The position numbers and the translations under genes were made by a program. The notes beneath the pieces are model-generated. The model worked only from the letters and a program-made list of their open reading frames with translations. It ran no database searches and was not told the DNA's origin. Positions 1 through 15,316 of a stretch of DNA of 64,000 nucleotides are shown piece by piece; the first letter of the stretch is position 1, and each line of letters starts with the position of its first letter. Origin of the DNA: Paecilomyces variotii (lineage: Eukaryota); NCBI GenBank assembly GCA_004022145.1, contig RCNU01000004.1. One strand, 5' to 3'.

Positions 1-963
1 AGTAACGCTCTTCATATCCGTAGACACATTAGCATCCGACCCGACGTCTGTTCCCCCTTCAGTAGGTGTGCTCTCCTCCCACAGCACTCCATTCTCAATA
101 GCCATCGCCTTGGAGACCTCCGCGTCAGAGACATCTTCTTCTCCCTTCTCATACATCAGTCGAACGCGGCGCGATAACAAGTCCTCGTCTGCGGAGATTG
201 CCCGTGACGCGCTACTTGTTGGCCGCAACCGGAGCGAGTGAGAAGATCTCATGCGCCTAGTGTCTGTCCTGTTGTCTGTCTTGTCTGTCCTGCGCACGTT
301 GACTGCCGAGTCGCTCAGACCTGAGGACGTCATTGGTTTATTCTCTGAGGATGTTGAAGGTTTCTCCTCTCGATTGTCGTTGCTGACGTTGCTGACAATG
401 CTGCCACGCTTTGAAAACTCCAGACCTGGTACTGAAAGGTCTTCGAAGGAGCCGGTTGGGATACTCAGCGTTATTCCACGAAATGGTGCTTCAACTGGAG
501 GCGTAGGCGGTGGAGCCGTTTTCGCATCTGAATCAGTAGACGACTTTCTGCCCCTCAGACCAGCCCACCTCCGCTCTGACCAGTGCGAGCTGGGACGGCC
601 GCTTTGTTCATCCACGACAATACTGGGAACACTCCTGGGCGATTTGAGGCTCTGCGCAGACTGACTATCCGCCGTTCGAATAGGCCTCAGTTCCTTCAAC
701 GCATACATGGTCGCAATGCCAGAATCCTGCCTCTCAGCATGATCCGATTCGCACGCGGGTCTCACAGAACGGCCGTCTGACGATGGTGTACTGGTGCACG
801 ATAGTTTTCGGTCGGGAGGTTGGTCGACCGGCGTAGGGGACGAAACGGACTTGATCTGGACAGGTGCCTTCGCTGCGACAGTGTCATCGAACGCGATGGC
901 GCGCACGCTCGAGTCAACGGGCCGCATGGCGGAAGCTGACGAGTCTGGTCTCTGATCGACCAT
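1..963 (-). CDS. N-terminal part of a large protein, probably a TBC-domain (Rab-GAP) protein; runs off the window start
   Basis: Manual translation from ATG at 963 gives an open frame to base 1 (MVDQRPDSSASAMRPV...RAISADEDLLSRRVRLMYEKGEEDVSDAEV...). It is absent from the ORF track because there is no stop in the window. The SADEDLLSRRVRLMYEKG block resembles, from recall, the region preceding the TBC domain in Aspergillus proteins; the domain itself is not visible. Confidence 0.6.
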   Translation of the reverse strand, partial: MVDQRPDSSASAMRPVDSSVRAIAFDDTVAAKAPVQIKSVSSPTPVDQPPDRKLSCTSTPSSDGRSVRPACESDHAERQDSGIATMYALKELRPIRTADSQSAQSLKSPRSVPSIVVDEQSGRPSSHWSERRWAGLRGRKSSTDSDAKTAPPPTPPVEAPFRGITLSIPTGSFEDLSVPGLEFSKRGSIVSNVSNDNREEKPSTSSENKPMTSSGLSDSAVNVRRTDKTDNRTDTRRMRSSHSLRLRPTSSASRAISADEDLLSRRVRLMYEKGEEDVSDAEVSKAMAIENGVLWEESTPTEGGTDVGSDANVSTDMKSVT

Positions 964-2196
964 TATTCTGGCATGGCTTGCGACTCCAAACGGTTCTGTC
1001 AACCTTTACTTCGGTCGGGGACCGTCCCGTAATAAGGCACGAAGTCAATTCACCCTTGAGCCAGGGGAATGAGGGGATAGATCTAAGTTCGCCAGGGATC
1101 AAGAACCTGATAGGGTCGCGTGCTTGACAGTTAGTTATGCAGCGAAACCAGCACGGAATGGTCGCCGACGGAATCAAAGCCCGGCACGAGCTAGGTCGAT
1201 AGCTCTGTGGACGCGAAATCCCAGAGTCAAAGAATGCCGGGATTGGAACTGTCTCATTCCAGAGAATTGCGACTGGGAAGATGGAGCAAGTGAGATCTGG
1301 ACTATCTACTGCTGGAGGGACGGCATTGATCAGCGTCGGGGAAGTGGATGTCTCAAGTGGGCTCTTGAAAGGGGGTCGCAACTTGCTTGATTGTGTCCCA
1401 CAGAGTTGGTAGAAGCCAGAAACAGCCAACCGAAATAATGATCCGAGCGGTGTTCAGTTGGTTTGGACGCACTGACGGGCGGCCATGGGTCTGTGGTGGT
1501 TGAGAGGATAATAGTACCAATGGCGATCAGATTCTTTTATTCGAGCTGTCTTTTTTTTTTTCTTTTCTTTTCGTCTTCCCGTCCTTGTCGTCGTCGCAGA
1601 AAACGTCCAAACGGCGTCCTTGCGTACGCTCAGTCACGGCAGCTAAATCCACTTGGAGGCGACTAAATCTTTAGGCCAATGGACCTATCTTGCTTCTTTA
1701 AAGCTTCAATTCCTGGTGGGGCAGCTCCTTGGGTCAGATCTCATTCTCCAGCAATACAGGGTCAGACTCAGACCCCTTGGGAGTCCCTGGGGAGCTAACT
1801 ATCTCAATGGTGCTTCCACGTCTGCGGAACCAACTGCGATCGCGCGTGGCAAAGGCGATGAGAGATCAAATATAGCCGAATCCAAAGCTTAAGTCGGTTT
1901 ATGAAGCAGCCTGTCCCACCAAGACTAAGGGAAGCTATCTACATCAGAGATGCAAGGAGCAGCCTGCTGGTTCGACCACAGCCAGTTCACTATGTAACCA
2001 AAAAAAAAGGACGAGAAACACTCCAACGCCACGGCCGTTCGCCAGCAGGCCAAATGCAAAGGGACCAGCTAACATGCAAACGCAGCGACGCCAACAGGGA
2101 TATCAGAAAGATAAAATAAAAAAAAAAGGAATCAAAAGGGACCAGCGTGTCTGGTGTCGTGTTTTTGAACGTCCAAGCGCCGCCAGTCGTATCTCA

Positions 2197-3607
2197 TCAC
2201 GCAACGGCTGCCATGTTGGCACCGGAGCCAGCTGGACCCGCGGGCCGTCCAGGTGCCACGGGTTCTTTGGGTAAGAGCTCGATCTGTCTCACCAGGAAAC
2301 TTTTCTCGTCCGTGAACTGGTCATCGTCGGTTCGGTCTTCCAGGAATTTGGGAAGAAACTTGAGCAATCGATCGCGGTTGTTGATCAGGATCCGCTGCAC
2401 CGCCACAGATTTATTTGGATTCGCAACAAAGACCTGGCCACATTCTTCGGTTAACCCTCGCTTTTCGTGATGGTCATGATCCCCCGGGCCGCGTATGGAG
2501 TCAAAACACACCTTGAACACGTGGAATCCCTCATACTGCACCATCTTGCGGTCATCCTTCAATAACTTCATGCACAGTTTGAGATGCTCTCCGCTGTCAA
2601 CATAGGCCGTCATGACGTTATAGTTCGCACGGTCGAGAAGGATCTCTCCGAGCAGCTTGATGCTCTGTCGCTTTGTAACGTAGGAGTCTGACTGAACAAG
2701 GATGCTGTTGTATCTCGAAAAGAACAAATCAAAATTCGTAGCTAGATAGCCGGACACAAGGGTCTTGTGACGAGTGAGAATCTCCTGTGATAGGTTCATT
2801 AGCTCACCGCGCTTACGGATACCTGTCCTTTTGAAGCCTACCCTGAAGGTCGTGAACGCATCCGCGCTCACTTCGAAGCTCCCTTGATCTATCCATCCAA
2901 AGAACTTCCAGAATACGCCCTCGCCTGATTGAACAATACCGGCTTGTAGGTCGCTCAAACGGATAGCGGGTTCCCCTTCAGCAGACTGGTCGTAAAGGAT
3001 GATGGCCGCGATAACATCGAATTTTAGGGCTTCTCTCAGGATCGTCCCACAGGGCATTGCGCTCTGGCTGTACTCGTAGCCCCGACATAATTCAACAATG
3101 ACCTCGGGTCTATTATGGACAATGTACGATATCACTGGCGGGTCTCCATTGGTAGATTGCGGATGTTTGAATCGAAGGATATGTGAGAATATTGTCTGTG
3201 TATCCTTTCTCGACTCGAAAGGTAATAGTCGTATACTCCGAGCCAGTTCATATAGCAAATCTTCTTGGATAACGGCCTGCACTAGTGCTTGTACCTGCTC
3301 TGGGGACGTATCGACCTCTTCGGGCACGTCAGCGAACTAGGCCTTCCAACTATATCTTCATAAGAGCGAGTAAAACCGACCTTGTGTTCCCTGGACCATT
3401 AGTTTCACCTGGGACAGCTGCTTCGCGAGGTCTTCCTCAACCTGGGTCATGTCTCCATCAGCAGGGACGAGCCAACGTCTGTCATCGAGCTGCTCGACCA
3501 ACCTTAGCGATTCCAGGAGTCTCCTCGATCCTTGCCAGGAGATCCTTGACTGTCCTGGCAACATCAGATGGTTGCCGTGTTCGACCACGGTTGAAGAAGA
3601 ACGCCAT
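2197..3607 (-). CDS. hymA: Mo25/Hym1 family conidiophore development protein HymA (4 introns)
   Basis: Spliced translation MAFFFNRGRTRQPSD...VEEDLAKQLSQVKLMVQGTQE...LPFESRKDTQTIFS...SYVTKRQSIKLLGEILLDRANYNVMT...QYEGFHVFKVFVANPNKS contains classic Mo25 motifs; GT-AG introns restore the frame. Confidence 0.95.
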
Positions 3608-4052
3608 TGTCGCGGGGAATGATTGTGGACGGACAACAACGGGGCTCGAAGGCGTCAGCGCATGTGAGATTGTGGAAAAGCAAAGAACGGATGGGCGGAG
3701 TAGGAACCCCAAGTGTCGACTCGCCTCTACTGACGATGAGAAAAGGGAGCAATTGAGTTGTGACCGGCAGAGTTGAGATCCAGCTGGAAAAGCATGTCTG
3801 GAACGGGAAGTCCAGCAACACGGCGGAGGCGGTGACGGCGCGGCGGGGTTCCCGCACAGTCTGGGCCAGTCGTGGCGCCGATAAACAAAATGCTATCGAG
3901 CGGGGCAACCAAGCAATAATCTGTGAGGGACCGAGATTTTTTCTCTCTTCATTTTTATCTATCTACATTTCGCGGTGCCGTTCACAACGATCTGATCGCA
4001 CTGGCAGTCATCTTTTTGTTTTGTTGTGATTCACGAGAAGTGAGACCTGACA

Positions 4053-5967
<1,915 letters not shown>

Positions 5968-6166
5968 GGATCTACAAAAGTACATCTTCTTTTTGCGGTA
6001 TCAATGTACAAATGGGATATGTAGTCTGGATCATAATTCTCGACGGGATGTCACACAAAAAGGAGACAACGGCATTGGGTATCATTTCCATGGATCAGTG
6101 AACTATCTAGAAGCAAAAAGGTGTGTTCCGGTAGGAATAGAATCTCTCTGAACTGTTCGATAGAAG

Positions 6167-7320
6167 CTAGGACTTAAGTGGTTCTCTGGCATCTCTTCTG
6201 TCTCTCAAAGTGTCTCTGTGCCGATCTATGGAGTGTTCACGGTCGCGGGCATGGCTTCGAGACTTATGTTCATCGCGATGACTTCGGGAGCGCGAATGTC
6301 TCGATTTCCGTTCAGGTGATCTCTCATGGCGGTGATGATGCCGATGGCGATTATGATGACGGTGTGAATGTGTCCTTCTGTGCTTCTGGTCTCTCTCTCC
6401 GTCCAAGGTTGCATCTAGGCTGAACCCGTCTAGACTGTCAACGGATCTAGACCGAGACCTAGGTCTCCTTCTCCTTTCCCTTTTCTCTTCTTCTCTCTTT
6501 AGTAACTCCAGCTCGCGGATCCTCTCCTCTTGCCATTTCTTTCTTTCACGCTCCACCTCCTTCAATTGACGAACACCCTTCTTCATCGCAGCCAATGGAT
6601 CGTTTGCGTCCACACGAGCCTTCTCTCGCTCTCTCCTCCTAGGATCTTCGTTGCCCCAGACGTCCTTATCAGGCATGCTATCCGGTGCTACAGCCTCCTT
6701 CCATGACGACGAGTACCACGGATTCCGGCCCACAGACTCCTTGAACCCAGCTGCGTTGGAGAACCGCATCGTATACTGGTCTTCGAACTCGCGCTTCTTT
6801 TTTGAAGCTTCCGCTTCGGCCTCCGCATTCTTCTCTGCAGGCTTCTTCCCCGTTGCCTTCTCCGGAAAGAGATTGATATGACCAGCGTTATCGACTAGTG
6901 GAGCGTCACCGGAGGAGAATCCCAACAGCTCCTCCCGCTTCGCAAGGGCCAAGGCCGCATCCTCTTTAGCGTATCTGATATCGCGATCTGTGTCGTTCTC
7001 TCCAGCTATACGTCTCCTCTTTCTGTATCTGTTGGCTTCGTCGCCCTGTCTTCTATCGCGCTTATCTGCGGCAGGTTCAGATGGCGGGGGAGGCGGGGTT
7101 GACGGTCGCTCGCCACGAAGGATCTGGATGCGCCGCTCAGCATCTATCTCCTGCATCCGCCGCTCTTCCTCCTCCTCCTGTGCCTTGGCTTGCGCTTCAT
7201 CCCGTCGCACTCGGGCTATGTTCTCTGCGTTGTAGACGTTCCATGATTTCTTTCCGAGGAGATGCCTGAAGCTGTCAGCATAGCTTGCGAAGAGTCCGGG
7301 ATAGAAGCTTACAGAGGCAT
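6167..7320 (-). CDS. Cir_N (CBF1-interacting corepressor N-terminal domain) protein, LENG1-like, with an R/S/H-rich tail
   Basis: An 8-nt first exon ATGCCTCT (7320-7313) and a 47-nt GT-AG intron give MPLHLLGKKSWNVYNAENIARVRRDEAQA, the Cir_N signature; basic RS/His-rich C-terminus. Confidence 0.85.
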
Positions 7321-7888
7321 CTGGAAAAAAAACAAAGTAGATATGCAAAAGTGGCGAGTATTAGAGAGCCGTAACCAATAGGTCTACACACACAGACTGG
7401 ATGAAACGCAAAGTAGCACTGTGAGAGCATCAAGACAGATATCTGATCAACGTGCTCCGTCGAGGAAGCTAAGCTCCGCGGTGGAGAGGTTCGGCGGCGA
7501 ACGACCCCCGCGAATCGGCGTGGCTGAAACCGGAGCTGCGGTAGTTAAAGTCGACGCTGCGACTCCATCGAGTTTCATTCTGACCACCTCTTGCTTCTTA
7601 CTTCATACACGTTCCTTCACTCTTCTCCCGCCTGTTACAAAGCTGGAGGGCTCCATACCTTTTCGTCTGAATCAGCAGGATTGCTGATTTCCTTGATCGC
7701 AACGGAATTTGGCTGCCTGGACGGCTAGCCATACTGTTGAGCTTACCTAGGTCGATTCTCCATCCGCCTCCGCATTTCACGTTTCGGCTTGGACGGCAAC
7801 ACGATAGATATTTGGGAATAGACAGGAATCCTTTCTGCGTCTTTTCTCACTCCGCAGACAAATACACATCCCGATACCTCAGGCGACA

Positions 7889-10498
7889 ATGTTTAACCGC
7901 AACAACTTTCCATTCGGTGGCCGGCCAGACGCCGGTCGCGCTCCCCCGCAGAACCCTTACGGACAGGCGCCTGGGGACGCACGATATGAACCGGTTCCGA
8001 GAGGGTATGGAGCTTCGCCTCGTCCAAATGGTTATGATACAGTGATGACTGACGTTCACGGTGATTCAAGAGGATATGGGGCTCCGCAACCTCCCGCAGC
8101 AAGACAGCTGCCAGCGCGCCCACCTGTTGGCAGGCCACAGAGCGGCGCAGTTTGGACGCTGCGGCCAGCTAAGAGCCCGGATAATACATATACCTTTGGG
8201 AACTTGTAAGTTTTCCTTGTCGAAGATCATCTGGAGAAGACCGCAGCTGATAGTGGTATAGAGTGGCCGTTTCCGCACAGGAGTTTCCTCCCTCCCGAGA
8301 TGGTAGTGACCTTTTGCTGCTCGTCAACGACCTCTACGTCTTTTCTGCGCGCCCGCTCGATGGGTTTCCGCCTGGACAGATTAGTATGTCCGATCCACAG
8401 CGCACATGGGCTGGGGTCGCTTTCACGGACACCGTCAAGGTGCAGTTGTACGACCCTTTCAGCCAAGGCGGGCAGGCCTACCTTGGCTCGACCGATATTG
8501 AAGTTGGGTTCGCTGGAAAGAAGAGAGTCGAGACTCCATACGACCAGGATGAGTTGGCAAGCGTTGTGATCAAGGTATGTCTCCGTTAGATCTTACCGTC
8601 AAAGGGCGCGCTACTGACTGTTGTAGAACTTTGAAAACCAAATATTCGCTCCCGGCCAGAAGATCCTGATGGATCACAAGAGCATACCTCTTATACTGAC
8701 CGTGAAGACGGTCCAGCTGATGGATTTGACAGCTGAAAAGCCCGGTACTTCGAATGCCGCCGTGACCACTGAACCTACAGCACGGGGAATCCTTACACGC
8801 CATACTCTAATTAATTTCTTCAAGGATGCTAGGACTGGTATAAACTTGAAAGCTTCCAACCGGAGACCGGCAGCGAACTCCATCATTCAGCCGGACTTCA
8901 AGTTTGAGGATATGGGTATTGGTGGTCTGGATTCCGAATTCAGTACCATCTTCCGTCGTGCATTTGCCTCTCGTATCTTCCCCCCGGGCCTAATCGAAAA
9001 ACTGGGCATTCAGCATGTCAAGGGTATCCTGCTATACGGGCCTCCCGGAACTGGTAAAACATTGATTGCTCGTCAAATCGGAAAGATGTTGAACGCTCGG
9101 GAACCTAAGGTGATCAACGGTCCTGAAGTGCTCAACAAGTATGTCGGTCAGTCGGAGGAGAACATCAGAAAGCTCTTCGCAGATGCAGAAAAAGAATACA
9201 AGGAGAAAGGCGATGAGAGTGGATTGCACATCATCATCTTTGATGAACTTGATGCTGTCTGCAAGCAGCGAGGCAGCGGAGCAGGCGGTGGTACGGGAGT
9301 TGGTGACAGCGTGGTGAACCAGCTGCTTTCCAAGCTCGATGGTGTCGATCAGCTCAACAACATTCTTCTTATTGGTATGACCAACAGGATGGATATGATT
9401 GATGATGCTCTGCTGCGTCCTGGCCGTCTCGAAGTACACATGGAGATCTCCCTTCCAGATGAGAAGGGTCGAGTCCAGATCTTGAAGATTCACACTCAGA
9501 GGATGAGAACTAACAATGTGATGGACTCGGATGTCGATCTCGAGGAGTTGGCACATCTGACGAAGAACTTCTCTGGTGCTGAAATTGGTGGTCTTGTGAA
9601 GTCTGCGTCTTCGTTCGCTTTCAGCAGACATGTTAAGGTCGGTACGATGGCTGGTATCAGCGACGACATCGTCAATATGAAGGTGAATCGAGCCGATTTC
9701 CTCCATGCTCTTGACGAAGTCAAGCCAGCATTCGGTGTCTCCGAGGAGGAGCTTGCGACGTGCATCCAGTATGGCATTATTCATTTCTCGCCAACCATCA
9801 ATGAGATCCTGAAGGAAGGACAACTGTTCGTGAAGCAAGTGAGCCAGGCCAAGTCCACCCCTCTGTTCTCTGTGTTATTGCACGGCCCTCCGGCCAGTGG
9901 AAAGACAGCACTGGCGGCGAAGATTGCTCTGGACTCTGGCTTTCCTTTCATCAAGCTCATCAGTCCCGAGGACATGGTCGGCTTTAGTGAAGGTGCCAAG
10001 GTTCAGCATATCAGTAAGGTGTTCAATGACGCCTACAAGAGTCCTACTAGTGTCGTCGTCGTGGACAACATTGAGAGGATTATTGATTGGGTTCCCATTG
10101 GCCCTCGCTTCAGCAATACGGTCTTGCAAACAGTCATGGTATTCTTGAGGAAGCAGCCTGCCAAGGGACGTCGCCTCTTGATCCTAGCCACCACTACAGA
10201 ACGTGCGGTACTGAAGCAGCTTGACCTTTACAATTCGTTCAACTCTGATATTATGGTCCCCACCGTCAACACCCCCGACGAGCTGAAATATGTCCTCGAA
10301 CAGTCTGGATCTTTCAACCCTCAGGAAGTGCAACAATCCATCGAAGGGATCGCTGGCATTTCCGAAGAGACTAGGATCGGAGTCGGTGTCAAGCGGGTAC
10401 TGCTCGGTATCGAGACGGCCAAGCAGGATCCAGACAAGGTGGGACGTTTTACTCGCGTTATCACCCGGGCTATTGATGAGGAGAATATGTTTCAATAA
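7889..10498 (+). CDS. sec18: Vesicle-fusing AAA ATPase Sec18/NSF (2 introns)
   Basis: MGIGGLDSEFSTIFRRAFASR, Walker A GPPGTGKT, Walker B IIFDELDA, second AAA module GPPASGKT, DWVPIGPRFSN; N-domain split by two short introns. Confidence 0.97.
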
Positions 10499-10912
10499 AT
10501 GTATATACGTGTGACAGTGTTCTGTGGCTATGATGCATGATATATCAGTGTGATATAGTTTCTAATATCTTTCCCTCCCATCTTTTGGAGTAACAGGGGA
10601 GGAGAAGCCAGGTTGTTAAGATACGCCTTTAATGTATGCAGTGTGATCTGTGAGTTAGATAGATATTTTACTTATCAGCACGTGACTTTTACCGATAAGA
10701 ATTACAGATTATTAGTCTGTATTGTTCATCCAAATTAAAGTAGAGAAACACACTAGGGGGTTTTCTTATTAGACAACGTCCCTATAGACATAACCATCAC
10801 ACATTTAAACATCTAGCTTACGGTTCTGTTCATTATTATTTATCTCTGTTTATGCTGCCTCCTTTTAGGTATACAATTACATATCCACGCTCTACGCACA
10901 AACTTAGACATC

Positions 10913-11849
10913 ATGGATGACAATCCGGATGATTCTATTGTCGCCGCGGCAATGGGCTTCTCTTCATTTGGAACAAAACCGCAGAAGAATAACACGTCTG
11001 AGTTAGGGACATATAAGGGTATGACCAGTTTTCCGTCTTCTGAAACCAAAACAACTGCACCTCTCACACAGCATCTCCAGATACCAAGAAACGCACAATC
11101 GAAGACATGTCTCCTGCATCTCATTCTACTATTACTGGTGGTGTTGCTGAAGGTCCGTTTGATCATATTTACTTCTTCCTTGAGCCTGTTTTCGATATCG
11201 GCACTGGTGCCAGTCCTGATGTCTATTATCTCTCTTTCTCCCCTGCCCTGCTTGCCCTCCATAGACGCATCTTGACTACCTGGGGGAACCCTACGATGTC
11301 TCCTCGTGCTCGTCGATACTCAGACAGCTCCTATTTCCCTATTCTACGGGTTAATGAGGACTGCGATACCATGGCCGAGATACTCGAGGGAAACCATCTG
11401 ACCATGCCTGAAGAGCTCGACATCTCTGACATGAAAAAAGAACCCCAACCCAACGAGGAAACACCCATAGGCACTCAGAGCCACAGCGAAGTCACTCCCG
11501 ATAAGCATACTGGAAAGAAAGCCAAGAAAACCAAGAGATCCAAGTTCGAGGGCGAGGCTGGTATTGAAGGGCCCTCTGCTGACGGTTAGACTTCCAACTC
11601 AGCCATCACACTTCCGTCTTAGCTACATTGACTGAGTCGCTAAAATCCTGCTCTCTCATCCATATAGGCAACTACAACGACAACGAGAAGGGAAACTTCT
11701 ATGAAACTCCCAGCGGAACCGTCCTCTCTCCGGGGGAACTTCGTCGTCTGGCCGCTGGCGTGAAGAATGAGAATGGAGACACCGTTTTCTTCCGACCCAG
11801 CTTCATTGAAGACCCTTGGGCTGGCCTCAAGCCTGTTAGGATACAGTAG
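10913..11849 (+). CDS. Conserved hypothetical protein (~266 aa) with an N-terminal MGFSSFG motif and a C-terminal MPLKIP/TTDN1-like motif
   Basis: Exons 10913-11018, 11072-11584 and 11668-11849 join in frame through GT-AG introns; begins MDDNPDDSIVAAAMGFSSFGTK and ends VFFRPSFIEDPWAGLKPVRIQ. Confidence 0.7.
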
Positions 11850-12409
11850 GCGGGGGAAAAGTGAGTCTCTACCATAATCCTCATCTCACGCGTTGAGGAC
11901 ATGACGCGTTACAGAACATACAGGAGCACTTGCTACTTGGTACATTCGATTAACGTTACTGACGAATCCTGCGTTTATAGATACGCCTCTGGTTTGATGA
12001 CACTTTGGGGATCTCGTTCCTTTCTACGCTGTATTGTTATTTGGTTTTGTTTTACTTAATTTTTCCTTTTTTTTTTTTTCTCTTATCTTTGGGTCTTTGG
12101 GCCTTACAAGACCCATGATACTCGCTTGTCCTGTATTTTAGATCGGTGCCTAGTGCACCTTGGGCCTCTCTCGCCCAGTATGCATCGCTCTGGGGAATGA
12201 ATTTGTCTACAGCTTGTATCATCAATGTGAGCTAATAATCCGGATTCGCAAGATCAATCAAGTTGGCAGCGTTTCAGAACGATATATGAAGAAAGGCGAT
12301 AATGTAATATCGGCTATGCCTGTAAAATTCTAACGATGCTATACATAGTTAACAAGCCCAGAACAGACCCCAACTCCCATGCCCAATATGAACCGTATAA
12401 GAAGAAGAA

Positions 12410-13633
12410 TCATGCAAACCAACCATCCGTGCTAGGGTGACAATTAGTACACCCGAAAATGATGGGGATATCATCATAAACCCAAATACGCTCTATATCA
12501 TGTGGTACAGCACGCCTTGTGGTCAATTCGTGCTTCGCAACGTCAAACCAAGTATCTCTTATAGGTTGATGTTCACTCCCATTCAATGCACCCTTAAAGA
12601 CCAGAGAACTCCTTTCATCCCGCGCGTTCTTCATCAAGTCATTTTCGAAATTCTGCATGAAATATTTCCGTTGTGCTCGTTGGCTTCCCCCGTCGCCGAT
12701 CTCTGCTGAAAGATACTCCAAGATCCGTACGAATGGCGAGAATGTCAGCAAGGAACCAATCCAGCTGTCGTCGGATGTGCCTTGCTCTTCGGGAGGCACG
12801 GTGTTCCGCAAGATTGAAACCAAGAGCTGCATGCAATGATGGGTTGATATAAGTGTAGGTGTGTCTGTGAAAGGCGGCGATTGTAATATCTTGAACTGCA
12901 GTTCTCGGTACATAGTCTTCCGTACATCAGGTGGTATGGGAACCGGTAGTCGTCCTGCTTCGAATTCTTGCAGGAGGATATTCTTGTGTTCTTGTCGAGA
13001 ACGGGCGTATGTTTCTAGGAAATAAAGTACACAATACCTGCAGCCGTTGAATTCGCGCATTAGCCTGGTTCCCTGACAGTCTCAACCTGGGGTAGTTAGG
13101 TAGCCTTACATGAGTGGGGTAAGGTTAAACCACAAGCTTGCGACACCTCGCTTGGAAAACTCCTGGCGCTCGCTCTTCAATGGAAATCTGAGCTTGACGA
13201 ACGCTGGCTCACGATGCAGGAACCCGTTCATCACAAGATTCGCAATATACCAGCACAGCCTTGAGCACCATTTCTGCCGCCGGCGCAGACTATGCAAGTA
13301 TCTGAAAGTATAAAGATGGCCGCCTTTCGCACTCTTCGCCGGCGGGAAGAGGTCAGACAGCAGCATCACATCATCTTCTGGATTTCGAGTGTAGGTGCGC
13401 TCATTATCGATCGGCGAGGGAAGGGTTCCATGTCTGCGCTGGCGGAGATATTGTCGAGCGATAGAATGCTCATGTGCAGTGAGGACCTCGTAGAAAGCGC
13501 GGCAGACAAGCCTCAGGGGCAACAGGTCTTGAACACTGCATTGGGCGAATATCTTTATCTGGATCTCTACCGGAAGAAGATCCCAAGGCGAAGACGTAGG
13601 GGTGGAATGCACTTTGCTCGCGCTGCAGTTCAT
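12410..13633 (-). CDS. F-box domain protein (1 intron)
   Basis: N-terminal F-box (WDLLPVEIQIKIFAQCSVQDLLPLRLVCRAFY); the intron GTAAGG...CTGCAG joins the two ORF-track pieces in frame (PLM-YCVLYF). Confidence 0.85.
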
Positions 13634-14285
13634 TTGTCAATTAGCACCGGTAGATCAATACACTAACAGCTGAGCTGCTGCTGCGGTACCATAGTAGTTA
13701 ATACATACCTCGCTGGCGCGTTCGGTCTGGGCGACTTGTCGTCCCCTCTCCTGCCTCTGTCGACGGAAAAGCGGAATTTCTTGACCTGGCTCTGGAGAAC
13801 GGATATCATCGCGGACCGGCCAACTGCATGGGGAGGCCAGCTCCAGCATCAAGTCCAGCATTTAAGAACGGAGAAAGCGCCGCGGTTTTGACTTCTGGCC
13901 ACACGCAGCGCCAAGTGGGATAAGCAAGTGACTAAGCCCGCCGGCGATCATCGGTTTGGGGATTGTCTCATATCACAGCCACGCACCGGCATATCGTAGA
14001 GGATTCTGAAGTAGCAGCTCTTCCAGCCCGTTCTCAGGCATCGGCAATCTTTCTGGTCGACATCTCGCACGTTCGCCTGCATATGCGGCAGACTTGAACT
14101 GTGTAGTGCTGTCGGGCTTCGACGAGTATCCGCCCTGGCTTTCTGTCGATACCGCGGGTTCACCTGCGACTCCTGGAACAGTTTCTGGACAAGCGAGGCC
14201 GAATCATTCACGCATGGATATGCAAATGAAGAAAGGCGAAATGTGGTCGCACTGTCCCTTGTACATACGAACTGTGTTAAGGGTG

Positions 14286-14309
14286 GAGTCGAGTCGAGTC
14301 GAGTCGAGT
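14286..14309. repeat. (GAGTC)~5 pentanucleotide microsatellite
   Basis: gagtcgagtcgagtcgagtcgagt read directly. Confidence 0.85.
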
Positions 14310-15316
14310 GTATCTTCCGTGACCCGCTGCCGCCACGACGACGCAGAAAAGGACCCTGAGGCCAATGTAGCGAGTTCAATTCCGCGAATTGGATACTATG
14401 AGGATGTTATGAAGAACCGGCTGATTCCATATGTCTCTGTCTTGCATGACAAATCATCACGCTCAGAGGATAATAATAGGGCTGCGATCAACTCTTCAAA
14501 ACTCATACCAAGAGATAGCCGTGCTTCTGTCCCGGCACCTGGGAGACTTACAGTGTAAGTACAAATGGAAGCCTTTGTATATTGACAAGTGTGTTGGCTT
14601 CTTCCTTGCGATTATATATAGCAGTCGCTTATACCAGCAGTAATCTATGGACTAGCGTAAGCCACGAGGTACGTGAAAGGGTCCTATTTATACTTGTTAC
14701 CCATGCTTACTCTAGATAGTAGCTCAAAGATGTACTGGAGGAGACACTCCATGCTTCTTCCGAATCTGAAAATGAAGAACCCGCGCTGTCCGATCAGGCA
14801 CATGGTCCTGAAACTTGACGAATTGTTACTCAAATATCCTGCATTGGAAATACAATGAATCATCACCAATTATATTCGTGATAAGAAAATGGCCAGGTTC
14901 TCGAATGGTTTTCGGGTTTGTTGACTCCTCCCGCTTCGTAATCACAATAAACCCCGTATATATACATATAGGAATATCACACCTTGGCAGCACACGTCAG
15001 TTATTTACTGCCTCTCAGCGTTTCATAACATCTCAGCCGACCTCGTGTTTGACCCAAGTGCACCGGACATGTGCCATCTCTGGGGTAGAACAGCTTCCAA
15101 ATCGGGAGGACCGAACTGTATGCTTGATCACCGTATATTTGCTGAAAAGAGCACTCGAAGCAATCGAGGTGGGATATTATTTATCACTGAAATTTGCCAT
15201 CATTACCTCTCCTGGGCTTTTTTATCTTCAGCAGGGAACCGCCTTGAATTCAGTTGTTTGCTGCATGTGACAGATGCGTCAACTATATAGATCTGTCTTC
15301 GAGATCTACTGCGACG

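Noticed and set aside
914-1429. 171-aa minus-strand ORF and the overlapping plus-strand ORFs
   Set aside because: Non-ATG start, no recognisable features, and it lies in the presumed leader of the CDS starting at 963.
9032-9838. 268-aa antisense ORF within sec18, and similar antisense ORFs in other genes
   Set aside because: Shadow ORFs expected from codon bias on the opposite strand of conserved CDSs.
10500-10900. AT-rich stretch as a possible RIP-mutated transposon relic (also about 28700-29100 and 34600-35100)
   Set aside because: No terminal repeats, target-site duplications or transposase/RT remnants; consistent with ordinary UTR or terminator DNA.
13948-15290. Several 140-155 aa ORFs between the F-box and GNAT genes
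   Set aside because: Mostly non-ATG starts, overlap a microsatellite, and show no domain or coding-like composition.
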